From Octopus vulgaris (taxonomy: Eukaryota): 64,000 nucleotides of DNA. The DNA is taken from the NCBI GenBank assembly GCA_951406725.2, contig OX597817.1, positions 14,818,001-14,882,000 on the forward strand. Direction: 5' to 3'. Positions within the stretch are counted from its first letter, which is position 1. Each line of letters begins with the position of its first letter. The notes below the pieces were generated by a model that worked only from the letters and a program-made list of their open reading frames with translations, did no database searches and was not told the DNA's origin. The position numbers were made by a program, and so were the translations under genes. Shown in pieces: positions 53,097 through 64,000 of the stretch.

Positions 53097-53327
53097 AATA
53101 TTGAGGAGGAAAAAGAACTTGAAGACAGTAATTTCTGGGAATTAGAATTTCCTTTAGTGAGCAATATACCTAGGCCCATTTCTCCTTTGCCTGAAACTCC
53201 TCAAAAGTTACGAAGAATGCGGTTACAACAGATGTCCGTACACAGCCAGACTACGGAATCTGGTTCAAATGACAGCAAAGAACTTCAAAAAGCAACAGAT
53301 CCTGTAAAAACTACTACAGTCAGACAG
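53097..53327 (+). CDS. CDT1: CDT1 exon 2
   Basis: CAG acceptor, 231 nt open (NIEEEKELEDSNFWELEFP...SPLPETPQK...VRQ), CAG|GTAGAG donor. Phase 0/0 fits the flanking exons. Confidence 0.75.
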
Positions 53328-54596
53328 GTAGAGTTATGATTCCCCTGAATATTGATATTTAGTGTATTTATAATTGAAAATTATACATTGTACCTTGGCT
53401 TAATTGAGATACATTCTAGAAGTAAGAAATAAGGTACTGCTTTATCTCAACTATTGTGAAATCTCACCAGAGCTCAACCTGCATTCAATCTTTATAAAAT
53501 TAGCCCAGCATCACAAGATGCTGCTAATAAAGAAACCAGATAGACTTGAACTGGTTACTGTCAATGAAACAATATCACTACGTTGTCTGACTGATTATGC
53601 AAAGTTTTATGAATTTATGTGCATTGTGAGTCACAAATATAATTTCAGTGGACATATATGGTCATATATCGCTGTGGTTTTTAGGACAACCACAACGAAA
53701 TCTGACCACATATGTTTAGTGATTTTTGTTTTTGTTGCTGCTTTCCAATTACTATGCACTTAAAATTGTAAAATTTTTGCAATCAAAATTTAATTCATTT
53801 GGTTTATGATTCACTTAACAACAGAATATACAGTTAAAGTTGAAGTTATATTAATTTTTTTTTATTATTTTTATAGTGATATCCTATCTGTTCTGAATTA
53901 GAATAAGTGACATCTAAATAATTTATATCTAATACAATTTACAATTTTCTGCAATAATCCATCTGAGAAACCCAGATTTGTGTATTGTAATAAGATTATG
54001 ATAAATGAAAAGGAAGTTATTTTCTAAAAACTAAAGGTCACAGTAACTTATGAGCCATGGCTAATAGGTTTGAAAAATAGAAAATTTGTACTATTTTCTT
54101 AGTTACTTTAATCCATCATAATTTAGGCTAAGATTGCAGTAATGTTCTTAAAAGCTGAATGTTGTGGGTTCTTTCTCATCACCCTTGTTGAAAATTAACA
54201 AACTCTTTTGTATAATATGATTCTGGTGTAAATAAACTTGTAAGAAAAGGATTGAAATTCTTATTTCCTATAACATTCCTGCATTTTATCTTCAGGTTGA
54301 TTAATTACAATTATCTTCTTAATGGAGCTAAGTTGCAGAACAATGTTTTTACACAAGAGACTCTTAACCTTAAGAACAAATTATAGGACATAATAAATAC
54401 AATTCAAAAGCTTATGATATTGTAATTTTCTTGCAAAAAAGAAAAAATTCTTGTGTTGAAGTTCATCTAAAGATTTGGGTTTCATATCCAGTTTATTCAA
54501 GCATTATTCCAATGTCTGCAATAAACTAGTCTATATTTCTATATTGAAGTAATGGTTTCTTTCAAAAATAACCAACATTTATTTGAATTCTTTCAG

Positions 54597-54781
54597 CTAA
54601 ATTTAACACCAGAAAAAGTCAAAATTGATCTCATGAAATGTAGTAAAGTAGAAGAACTGAAGAAGCAATTACTGTTAATTAAGGAACTCAAAGCTGCAAC
54701 AAAATCCAAAGAAAAACCTAAAAGCTCATCCTGTAAGACTCAACCTGAATTTGAAAAAGAGAAGTCTGACTCAGTTAACAA
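54597..54781 (+). CDS. CDT1: CDT1 exon 3
   Basis: TTTCAG acceptor, LNLTPEKVKIDLMKCSKVEELKKQL..., AA|GTAAGT donor (phase 2) joining in frame to exon 4. Confidence 0.82.
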
Positions 54782-57120
54782 GTAAGTAAAATTTCTTGCT
54801 TAGTCTTAGGGCAGCTCTGAAGAATCAGACCATTACACACCTTTTTTTTTTGTTTTATGTCACAAGCTATCTAGGAATATAGAATCCAATGTGACTTGTT
54901 GCACTTTGTGAATTGGAAGGTGAGGGTGATTGACTATTGTTTCTGTTGTTTAACTCCCTGCCAACCTTGATAAAGCAGGACTCGATCAAACGTGTTCCAG
55001 CCATGACTGTCCTGTTCTTTTTATATAGGACTACAAGGACTACATTATCCAATGCATCCTCCTTTTTAATGACAGTAGTGAATGATTTGAGAAAGATCTG
55101 ACTTCTATTTCTAGCAGTTTGAGTGATTACATAGGTTTCCTCATTGGCTAAGAATCAGTTTAAGCTTGTTAATTATCTGGCAGTGTGGCTAAGAGGTTTG
55201 CTTCACAATCATGTGGTTCCAGGTTCAGTCTCCCTGCACAGCACTTTCAGGAAGTGTCTACTATTGCCTCTGAGTTGATTATTGAATTTGGTACAAAGCT
55301 CTTCATATACATGACACCCATGTTAGCAACATGTAAAAGATGGCCAGTACACTCTGTGAAGTGATTGGCATCAGGAAAGGCATCCAGCTGTAGAAACAAA
55401 ACCAGGCTGGAGCTCTCTGGCTTACCAGTTCCAGTCAAGCCTTCCAATCCATGCCAGCATGGAAAAGGGAGGCTAAATGATGATACTCTTTACTCTTTTA
55501 CTTGTTTCAGTCATTTTGACTGTGGCCATGCTGGAGCACCGCCTTTAGTCGAGCAAATCGACCCCGGGACTTATTCTTTGTAAGCCCAGTACTTATTCTA
55601 TCGGTCTCTTTTTGCCGAACCGCTAAGTGACGGGGACGTAAACACACCAGCATCGGTTGTCAAGCAATGCTAGGGGGACAAACACACACATACATATACA
55701 TATATACGACAGGCTTCTTTCAGTTTCCGTCTACCAAATCCACTCACAAGGCATTGGTCGGCCCGGGGCTATAGCAGAAGACACTTGCCCAAGATGCCAC
55801 GCAGTGGGACTGAACCCGGAACCATGTGGTTGGTTAACAAGCTACTTACCACACAGCCACTCCTGCACCTATGATGTGTATGTCTATGAGAATGTTTACT
55901 GACTGTGATCATATAAGCTATAGTCATTGTTGTCATTCCCTTGTTAACAAATTGTGTAGCAGCTCTGCGCTTTGGAGCTGTATGGAACAAAATTTTCCTT
56001 CACTTGAAAAGTAGGTAAGAGTTAGCAGCAAGAAGGGCAGCTACAAAACAATGTCGATTCATCTAATTCATGCTAACATCATCATCATCATCATCGTTTA
56101 ACGTCCATTTTCCATGCTAGCATGGGTTGGACGGTTCGACCGGGGATCTGGGAAGCCAGAAGGCTGCACCAGGCTCCAGTCTTATCTGGCAATGTTTCTA
56201 CAGCTGGATGCCCTTCCTAACGCCAACCACTCCGAGAGTGTAGTGGGTGCTTTTTACGTGCCACCTGCACAGGTGCCAGGCGAGGCTGGCAAACGGCCAC
56301 GATCGGATGGTGCTTTTTATGTGCCACCGGCACGGGGGCCAGGCGAGGCGGTACTGGCTTCGGCCACGATTCGGATGGTGCTTTTTACGTGCCAAAAAAA
56401 GTGGCTTCATTTAAATCCTAGTTTGCTTCAAAATCTCTGTTTTTAATTAGCTTTTTTGAAAACATTTGAAAAGAACAAACAACAAAAAGAAAAGGGTTTT
56501 GGGGGGATGGAGGATAGCAAATATTAAACTATAAACAATTTATATAGGTGCAGGAGTGGCCGTGTGGTAAGTAGCTTGCTTACCAACCACATGGTTCCGG
56601 GTTCAGTCCCACTGCGTGGCACCTTGGGCAAGTGTCTTCTACTATAGCCTCGGGCCAACCAATGCCTTGTGAGTGGATTTGGTAGACGGAAACTGAAAGA
56701 AGCCCGTCGTATATATGTATATATATATGTTTGTGTGTCTGTGTTTGTCCCCCTAGCATTGCTTGACAACCGATGCTGGTGTGTTTACGTCTCCGTTACT
56801 TAGCGGTTCAGCAAAAGAGACCGATAGAATAAGTACTGGGCTTACAAAGAATAAGTCCCGGGGTCGAGTTGCTCGATTAAAGGCGGTGCTCCAGCATGGC
56901 CGCAGTCAAATGACTGAAACAAGTAAAAGAGAGAAAAAAAAGAGAGAGAGAGAGAGAGATACCTAAAATATGACAACTTTGTTTTCTGTATTTGTAATTC
57001 TTTTTAATTGAATAATATTTATCAAAATTTTAACATAATCTTCTTTTCCTTCTCATGTCCCACAAAATATATTTTGATTATATTTCTTATCCTTGCTAAA
57101 TTGTCATGTCTCTGTTTCAG

Positions 57121-57309
57121 GACTCCTGCTTATAAACGGTTCCAGCATCTTATTTTGCCAATACCATCTACACTCACCCTCCCTTATTCCTATACAGTAT
57201 TAGAGGAATTCTTTCAAAGAGTAGATGATGTTGTCCGCATGTTACACAACCGCTTAGAAGTTTGCACTTTTTCCAAGCTCAAAGATGCTGTTGAAAAAAG
57301 TCTCAAAAG
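57121..57309 (+). CDS. CDT1: CDT1 exon 4 (start of the geminin-binding winged-helix domain)
   Basis: TTTCAG acceptor. (K)TPAYKRFQHLILPIPSTLTLPYSYTVLEEFFQRVDDVVRMLHNRLEVCTFSKLKDAVEKSLK is the CDT1 PAYxRF...LPYxY...LHNR...TF.K signature. AG|GTGAAT donor. Confidence 0.95.
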
Positions 57310-57736
57310 GTGAATTTATTAAAATTAGTTTTATTTTAAATTCTGTAATAAATGTATTTTGGTTGTCATATTTCTTTCAGCTCCATTCTGAGGTCAAATC
57401 CCACCAAGGGATTTCAGGGGTTGATAAAATATAGAGCCAAGTCAAGTGCTGGGTTAATGCAATCTGCTTACTCTCTGCCCTCAAAATTGCTAATCTTGTG
57501 CCAAAATTAGAATTATTATTATTAAGGTAGTAAGCTGGAAGAGTCATTAGTGTCTTGGACAAAATGCATAGCAGCATTTCTGCCAAATCCAACTTGGCTT
57601 TTCATCCCTCCAAGGTTGACAGTATAACTACTGGCCAAGTACTGAGGGTCAGTGTTATGGACTTTCCCTCCACCTAAAACTGTTGGCCTTGTCCCAAAAC
57701 TTGAAGCAATTTATTGTTATTCAATAAAAAGTATGC

Positions 57737-58103
57737 TTATTACCTCTGAACTACCAAAAGAGGGAGGTATTGTTTTCAGTTGCATTTGTTTGTCCTTGGA
57801 CAAGATATCTCAAGAACCACTGGATGGATTCAGATGAAACTTTCAGGGAGGTTTGACCTTGTGACTGGCATGAATTGATTAGATTTTGGGATCGATCCAT
57901 TACTGGACAAGGATTCTGGATTATTTTTCCTGTTTTTTTTCACTTAATTTTTGAGAGCGGTCGGGTTCATTTTTAGTATTCTCATTTGTGAAAGCAGTCA
58001 AGTTTATTTCAGATATTCTCATTTTAAAAATCATCTCTGGCTAATCGTTGAGAGGACGTTGATGTTGCCTTGGCGGAGGTTTGCACACTCTGAGTGCTCT
58101 TGT
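57737..58103 (+). mobile_element. Helentron-associated (HINE/DINE-1-like) element
   Basis: TTATTACCTC...GGAGGTATTGTTTTC 5' end and GGCGGAGGTTTGCACACTCTGAGTGC 3' sub-TIR/hairpin, in a T-rich target. Confidence 0.75.
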
Positions 58104-58282
58104 TTATGTATCTTTACTGGCATATAATACGTTTTTGTGTAATATATTTCAAGAATCTGAATAGTGTATTTTTTACACTGAAAAAAAAAATACTCTTCAG
58201 AAATGTATTTCATCTTATTCTATATTAGATTCAATATCAATTAAAACAAACGTTTTGTATGTTTTTCTCTTTGTATTTCCAG

Positions 58283-58440
58283 AGATTTTAAGCAAGAGGT
58301 TCTTGGTCAAATAAAAACTGTATACCCTAATGCATATGACTTCAAACAAGAAAAAGGTCTTCCAAAACTTGGTTACAAATATCAGGGCTACCAACTGACT
58401 ATCACCCCCCAATTAGAAGAATCCAATATGGAGAACAGCA
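58283..58440 (+). CDS. CDT1: CDT1 exon 5
   Basis: CCAG acceptor. (R)DFKQEVLGQIKTVYPNAYDFKQEK...YQLTITP contains the CDT1 GQIKTVYP...YQLTI motif. GTAAGC donor (phase 1). Confidence 0.95.
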
Positions 58441-58562
58441 GTAAGCATAAATGACTATCCTCTTCTATCTTTTACTCGTTTCAGTCATTAGATTGCAGCC
58501 ATGCTGGAGCACTGCCTTCAAGAATTTTTAGTCAAATCAATAACCTTAGTACATTGTTTTTA

Positions 58563-58598
<36 letters not shown>

Positions 58599-60402
58599 CT
58601 TAGTACTTATTCCATTGATCTCTTTTGCCAAACTGCTTAGTTACAGGGACATAAACACACCATCGCCAGTTGTCAAGCAGTGGTGGGAACAAACACTAAG
58701 AAGCACACACTTTCGTACATACATATATATTCTTGTTTTTGTTTCAGTCATTTGACTGCAGCCATGCTGGAGCACCGCCTTTAGTCGAGCAAATTGACCC
58801 CAGGACTTATTCTTTGTAAGAGTAGTACTTATTCTGTTGGTCTCTTTTGCCGAACTGCTAAGTTACAGAGGTCACAAACACACCAGCATCAGTTGTCAAG
58901 CGATGTTGCAGGGACAAACACAGACGTGCACAAACACACACACACACACACACACACATACATACACGATGGGCTTCGTTCAGTTTCCCTCTGCCAATCC
59001 ACTCAAGGCTTTGGTCAGCCCGAGGCTATAGTAGAAGATACTTACCCAAGGCAGCGAGCTGGCAGAAACATTAGCACGCTGGGCGAAATGCCTGGCGGTA
59101 TTTCATGTGCCGTTACTTTTGGAGTTCAAATTCTGCCGAGGTCGATTTTGCCTTTCATTTTTCGGGGTCGATAAATTAAGTACCAGTTATGCACTGGGGT
59201 CGATGTAATCGGCTTAATCCCTTTGTCTGTCCTTGTTTGTCCCCTCTATGTTTAGCCCCTTGTGAGCAATAAAGAAATAAGAAGATATTTACCCAAGGTG
59301 CCACAGAGTTGGACTGAACCCGGAAGCATGTGGTTGGTAAGTAAGCTGCTTACCACACAGCCACTCCTGCGCCTATGGATGTTTTTTAGAAGACTGTTCA
59401 TTGTGTTAATTTGTCTATTATTATTATTCATCTCTCTCACAGTTGCCTTCCAAGCATCCACTCATATTTCTCACTGTTTGCATTCCCCTCTGTCCCTATC
59501 CATCTGCCACTCTCACAAACATACCCACTCACTTACCCTGTCCAATCCTCTCTACCACTTATATTCACTTTCCTGCAACCCGAGGGTACATCCTGATGCA
59601 TTTTCATCCTCTTCTGTCTTTTCCAGCTGGGGTCATCATCATCATCATCATCATCATCATTTCGCGTCCGCTTTCCATGCTAGCATGGGTTGGACGGTTC
59701 AACTGGGGTCTGTGAAGCCGGAAGGGTAGCCATGCATATTCTCTGCAGCAAGATCCCTGTTTCTATCCCTTTGTCATATTCCTCATCACTTGACACAAAG
59801 CCACATCTCTCGATACTGCACTCACTTGGTTTCAGGTTCAGTCCCACTGTACAGCACCTTTGACAAATGTCTTGTACTATAACCTCAGGCCAACTAATAC
59901 ATTTAAGTGAATTTGGTAGGTAGAAACTGTGTGGAAGCCTCTGTGTGTGTGTGTGTGTGCATGCGCGTGCACATGCAGGTAAAGATACACACCATAGAAA
60001 GATAGGATGTACTGAATAGGACAGGGGGAGACACATGGGATGCAGAGTTGCTGAAGAGGTCACCAGATGTGTGGCAAACGATTTCAGATGAAGGATACTA
60101 AAATAAGAAAAATGATAAAGCTGAAATGAAGAACTAGTATATAGTGCATGTGTTTATTTGGCAAAATATTACCATAACGATATATATATATAACCATAAT
60201 GATATATATGTGTGTTTGTGTGCAGGTGGCACGTAAAAAGCACCCACTACACTCACAGAGTGGTTGGTGTTTGGAAGGGCATCCAGCTGTAGAAACACTG
60301 CCAGATCAGACTGGGCCTGGCGCAGCCTTCTGGCTTCCCAGACCCCAGTTGAACTGTCCAACCCATGCCAGCATGGAAAACGGACGTTAAACGATGATGA
60401 TG

Positions 60403-60433
<31 letters not shown>

Positions 60434-60744
60434 TATACATACATATACACATAGATAGATAGATAATGTGTGTGTCTGTGTTTCCCCTCCAGCACTACTT
60501 GACAAACAGTGTTGGTTTGTTTACATTCCCATAACTTAGTCTTATCAGTCTCTTTTTACCAATCCACTAGGTACCATGGTCAATTTGATAGACTAAACCC
60601 TTCAAGACAATACCATGGTATGTCTGCAGTCCAATGACTGAAACAAATCGTGAGAGATATGATATACACAGTACATTAAACTAAATTTATACGACTTGTC
60701 TTGAAACGGTGACGATTTCCTTTTTCTTTTCTTCTCCTCTTCAG

Positions 60745-60845
60745 ATCCTGAAAATGGCAACCCGCATCTTACAGCCACTCATTTCATTGCCAGAAAGAAA
60801 ATGTTCCACGCCAATTTGGTGAAGAGCGTCATGACGTTGCATAAA
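60745..60845 (+). CDS. CDT1: CDT1 exon 6
   Basis: Polypyrimidine tract and CAG acceptor, then (N)PENGNPHLTATHFIARKKMFHANLVKSVMTLHK. AAA|GTAAGT donor (phase 0). Confidence 0.92.
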
Positions 60846-60937
60846 GTAAGTTTTTTTCTCAATTTTTTAAAAATAGTTCGTTCTTGTGTGTTTGATTAGT
60901 AATGAAGCTTGTAAGTTACGTTTTAATGATGTAATTT

Positions 60938-61158
60938 GGTTGGAGAAAATCCCTGGAGAAGGACATCATGCTCGGAATGGTCAGTGGCAGGAGAGGAAGA
61001 GGCCCGACCAAGAACCCGCTGGCTTGACACCATCAAGAGGGATACCGGAATGGACATAGCCAATCTGAGGGAAGCGGCCCAGGATAGAACTGACTGGAGG
61101 ACACTGATCCAACGAGTGACCGAGAGTCGACTTCGACTGAGCGGATAAATAGATAGAA
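60938..61158 (+). mobile_element. RTE (BovB-like) LINE 3' end
   Basis: LEKSLEKDIMLGMVSGRRGR..RPRTRWLDTIKRDTGMDIANLREAAQDRTDWRTLIQRVTESRLRLSG*, then an (ATAG)n tail. Confidence 0.88.
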
Positions 61159-61930
61159 TTTGGTTTATATATCATCATTATCAGCTAATGTCCGTTTTCC
61201 ATGCTGGCATGGGTTGGATGGTTTGACCAAAGCTGGTAAGGCCAGGAGCCACACCAGACTTCATTGTCTGTTCTGGCATGGTTTCCACATCATAGTCTCT
61301 ACCACTCTCTTTGGTAACATGATAATGTCTTATTGAAAATCATATGCTATGCTTTTACATTAAATTCTTTTCTATAATAGGCGCAGGAGTGGCTGTGTGG
61401 TAAGTAGCTTGCTTACCAACCACATGGTTCCGGGTTCAGTCCCACTGCGTGGCACCTTGGGCGAGTGTCTTCTACTATAGCCTTGGGCCGACCAATGCCT
61501 TGTGAGTGGATTTGGTAGACGGAAACTGAAAGAAGCCCATCGTATATGCGTGGGTGTGTTTGTGTGTCTGTGTTTGTCCCCCTAGCATTGCTTGACAACC
61601 GATGCAGTTGTGTTTACGTCCCCGTTACTTAGCGGTTCGGCAAAAGAGACCGATAGAATAAGTACTGGGCTTACAAAAGAATAAGTCTCGGGGTCGAGTT
61701 GCTCGATTAAGGGCGGTGCTCCAGCATGGCCGCAGTCAAATGACTGAAACAGGTAAAAGAGTAATACAAAAAATATAGTTCAGATGTTAAACGAGGATTT
61801 TTATCATGCGATCCATATCTTGCTTGGTTCAAGGTACATAACTCTGTATAATTGCAAAACCATGTTCTATACTTTTGAGAGGTTAGCGGTAAAAGAGAAT
61901 CTCTTTTTTTTTTTTTTTTTTTTATCTTTT

Positions 61931-62339
61931 GGATCTTTTCGTTCTGAACGGCAGTTTTTTCTAGCGGTGTCATATGAAATTGTCACCCATAATTATGACC
62001 CTAGTATCGATCTATTGCATTTCAATCTGTTTTAGGGTTAGGGGTGGGGGGAAGGGTATCTTTTTTTTCTTCAGAAGTGTATATAAACCCAATCTGTTTC
62101 TTAAACGAGGGACATATTCATACGGCACATAATGTTTTTTACCTCAATAGACATAATTGATTGGTTGAAATTGCAGAAATTGAAGAAAAACAACAACAAA
62201 TGTCTTACAAACTATAGAATTTTCTCAATAAAGCCAAGAGAAAAAGATGTTTTATAAACACATTCTACCAGTATACGAAGTTTAAAATTTTTTAGTTACC
62301 TAGAAATGTTAAAAACTGCCGTTCAAAACGAAAAGATCC
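61931..62339. mobile_element. MITE with ~29-bp TIRs inserted in a poly-T tract (superfamily unassigned)
   Basis: GGATCTTTTCGTTCTGAACGGCAGTTTTT / AAAAACTGCCGTTCAAAACGAAAAGATCC. Confidence 0.85.
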
Positions 62340-62410
62340 TTTTTTTTTTTTTTTTTTTCTGTTCGTAATAAACAAAAGAGTGAATGATATCAAAATCCTT
62401 TTTATTGTAG

Positions 62411-62600
62411 GAATTTCCTGAAAACCCTACCAAAGCCTATGACAGTTTCTGATGACAGACTTATTCGTTGGCATCCGAAGTTCCGATTAGACCAAGTACC
62501 TGACATTGAACCTTCCCCTTTACCCCAACCTCCGTATGTCAAGGTTTATCAAACTGCTCATGAGGTTTTAAATGCAACAAGAGGGAAACTGCACCCTAAG
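62411..62600 (+). CDS. CDT1: CDT1 exon 7 (carries an apparent 1-nt excess near its 5' end)
   Basis: TAG acceptor. FLKTLPKPMTVSDDRLIRWHPKFRLDQVPDIEPSPLPQPP...TAHEVL is the CDT1 RWHPxF...VPDI motif. AAG|GTAAGT donor. Length is 190 nt (3n+1). Confidence 0.93.
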
Positions 62601-63082
62601 GTAAGTTTCAGTTTTTCTTTTCGTTTTGAGGTGGGTAATAGGTTCTTCCTCCTTCCTATGACTGTTGTCTTTGGGTATGGTGTGTCGGTTAAAACTTGTT
62701 TCAGAAAAAAATTTAGATATAGAATAGGAGGTCACAACCTAAGAGAAAGCACTTGAGCAATTTTAACTATTTAATGAAGACGTACAAACTAATAATTTTA
62801 AGCCACATGGTTGATTTTCCAACTCCTGTTTTGCTCATTATTGTTGATGTGACTAGATGCTGTGGGAGAGGTTGAATGGAATCTTCAGTAAATATTTAAC
62901 TTTATATCATAGGCGCAGGAGTGGCTGTGTGGTAAGTAGCTTGCTAACCAACCACGTGGTTCCGGGTTCAGTACCACTGCGTGGCATCTTGGGCAAGTGT
63001 CTTCTGCTATAGCCCCGGGCCGACCAATGCCTTGTGAGTGGATTTGGTAGACGGAAACTGAAAGAAGCCTATCGTATATATG

Positions 63083-63113
<31 letters not shown>

Positions 63114-64000
63114 CTGTGTTTGTGCCCCTAGCATTGCTTGACAACCGATGCTGGTGTGTTTATGTCCTGGTTACTTAGCGGTTCGGCAAAAGAGACCGAT
63201 AGAATAAGTACTGGGCTTACAAAAGAATAAGTCCCGGGGTCGAGTTACTCGATTAAAGGCGGTGCTCCAGCATGGCCGCAGTCATATGACTGAAACGAGT
63301 AAAAAGAGAGTATCCATCTGGTAAAAAAAAAAAAAAGAAAACCAGATCAAAACGTTTGTGAAAATTATATTTTCCCTAACTCTTAAAAAGATTATGTTCT
63401 GCACACTTCAAAGTCTTTCGCTAAACAGTTAAAAACTACACTGCGTGCTTTTATCTAGCAATGCCTCATTAAATACAAAAAAAAACAAAATCAAAAAGGG
63501 AAACAACTCTTTCTATTACGCGGTAGATTTCCTGTGACTGAAAAAAAATTGTTGTTTTCTCATTTTCTTTATGAAGCTTTTTGAACCTTTTGTGAGGCAT
63601 TTTGTGATTGAAGCTTGCAAAGTCTAACAGAGTTTGAAAGACATTCGTTCTTGGCAGAAATATCATTGCTAAGAGAATAATTTGTAAATCAAATCTCAGT
63701 AACTGTCAGCATCATTAGTACATTAAATTTTCTTTGATATATGGCCATGCAAACACAAACTCCCTTTTGCCTGTGGATTCAAGATAATTGTAACTGTGAC
63801 ACTAACGGATTCTTACTCTAGTTCAAATGAAGATATGAAGTGATAAAGAAACTGAAATTCCAGTTTCTAAATGACAATGGATAGAAACTCTGACATTGCC
63901 ACATACTGGGGAAAAAAAACTGCCCATCATCAAGATTTGGGTGTACATCATCAAGGATTCCCCTGGTTTTGACTGGTTGTAATGAACCTGAATGGATTGA

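Noticed and set aside
2250-61598. Dozens of recurring ORFs (MLGGQTQTHKH...YIYIYI, MSSNARGTNTDTQ..., MLAWVGRF...)
   Set aside because: They are translations of SINEs, RTE 3' UTRs and microsatellites, not a gene family.
62033-62044. TTAGGG telomeric repeat
   Set aside because: Only two units, internal to a MITE.

Overview
AT-rich, repeat-dense animal genomic DNA, most likely an octopus (inferred from the tRNA-derived SINE families, the (TA)n/(CAT)n microsatellites and RTE LINE debris). Two spliced genes sit head-to-head, with only 258 bp between their start codons. RELCH/KIAA1468 exon 1 is on the minus strand (ATG 43512); I found no later exon, so most or all of 1-43226 is probably one very large intron. 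CDT1 is on the plus strand (ATG 43771), with seven exons traced to 62600, and continues past the window. The shared promoter has E2F, E-box/CRE-like and YY1 motifs. The rest is nested transposon debris: about 20 copies of a composite SINE, two further SINE families, RTE and CR1 LINE fragments, Helitrons and a HINE, piggyBac and hAT MITEs, and Tigger, mariner and maT transposase relics. Most ORFs in the supplied track are repeat artefacts. The main points of interest are two 6x~184-bp tandem SINE arrays in inverted orientation, RTE insertions with ~137 and ~260 bp flanking duplications, a +1 frame discrepancy in CDT1 exon 7, three decayed hammerhead-ribozyme motifs in CDT1 intron 1, and a direct+inverted repeat structure at 2.9-3.6 kb. 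I see no convincing new protein-coding system.
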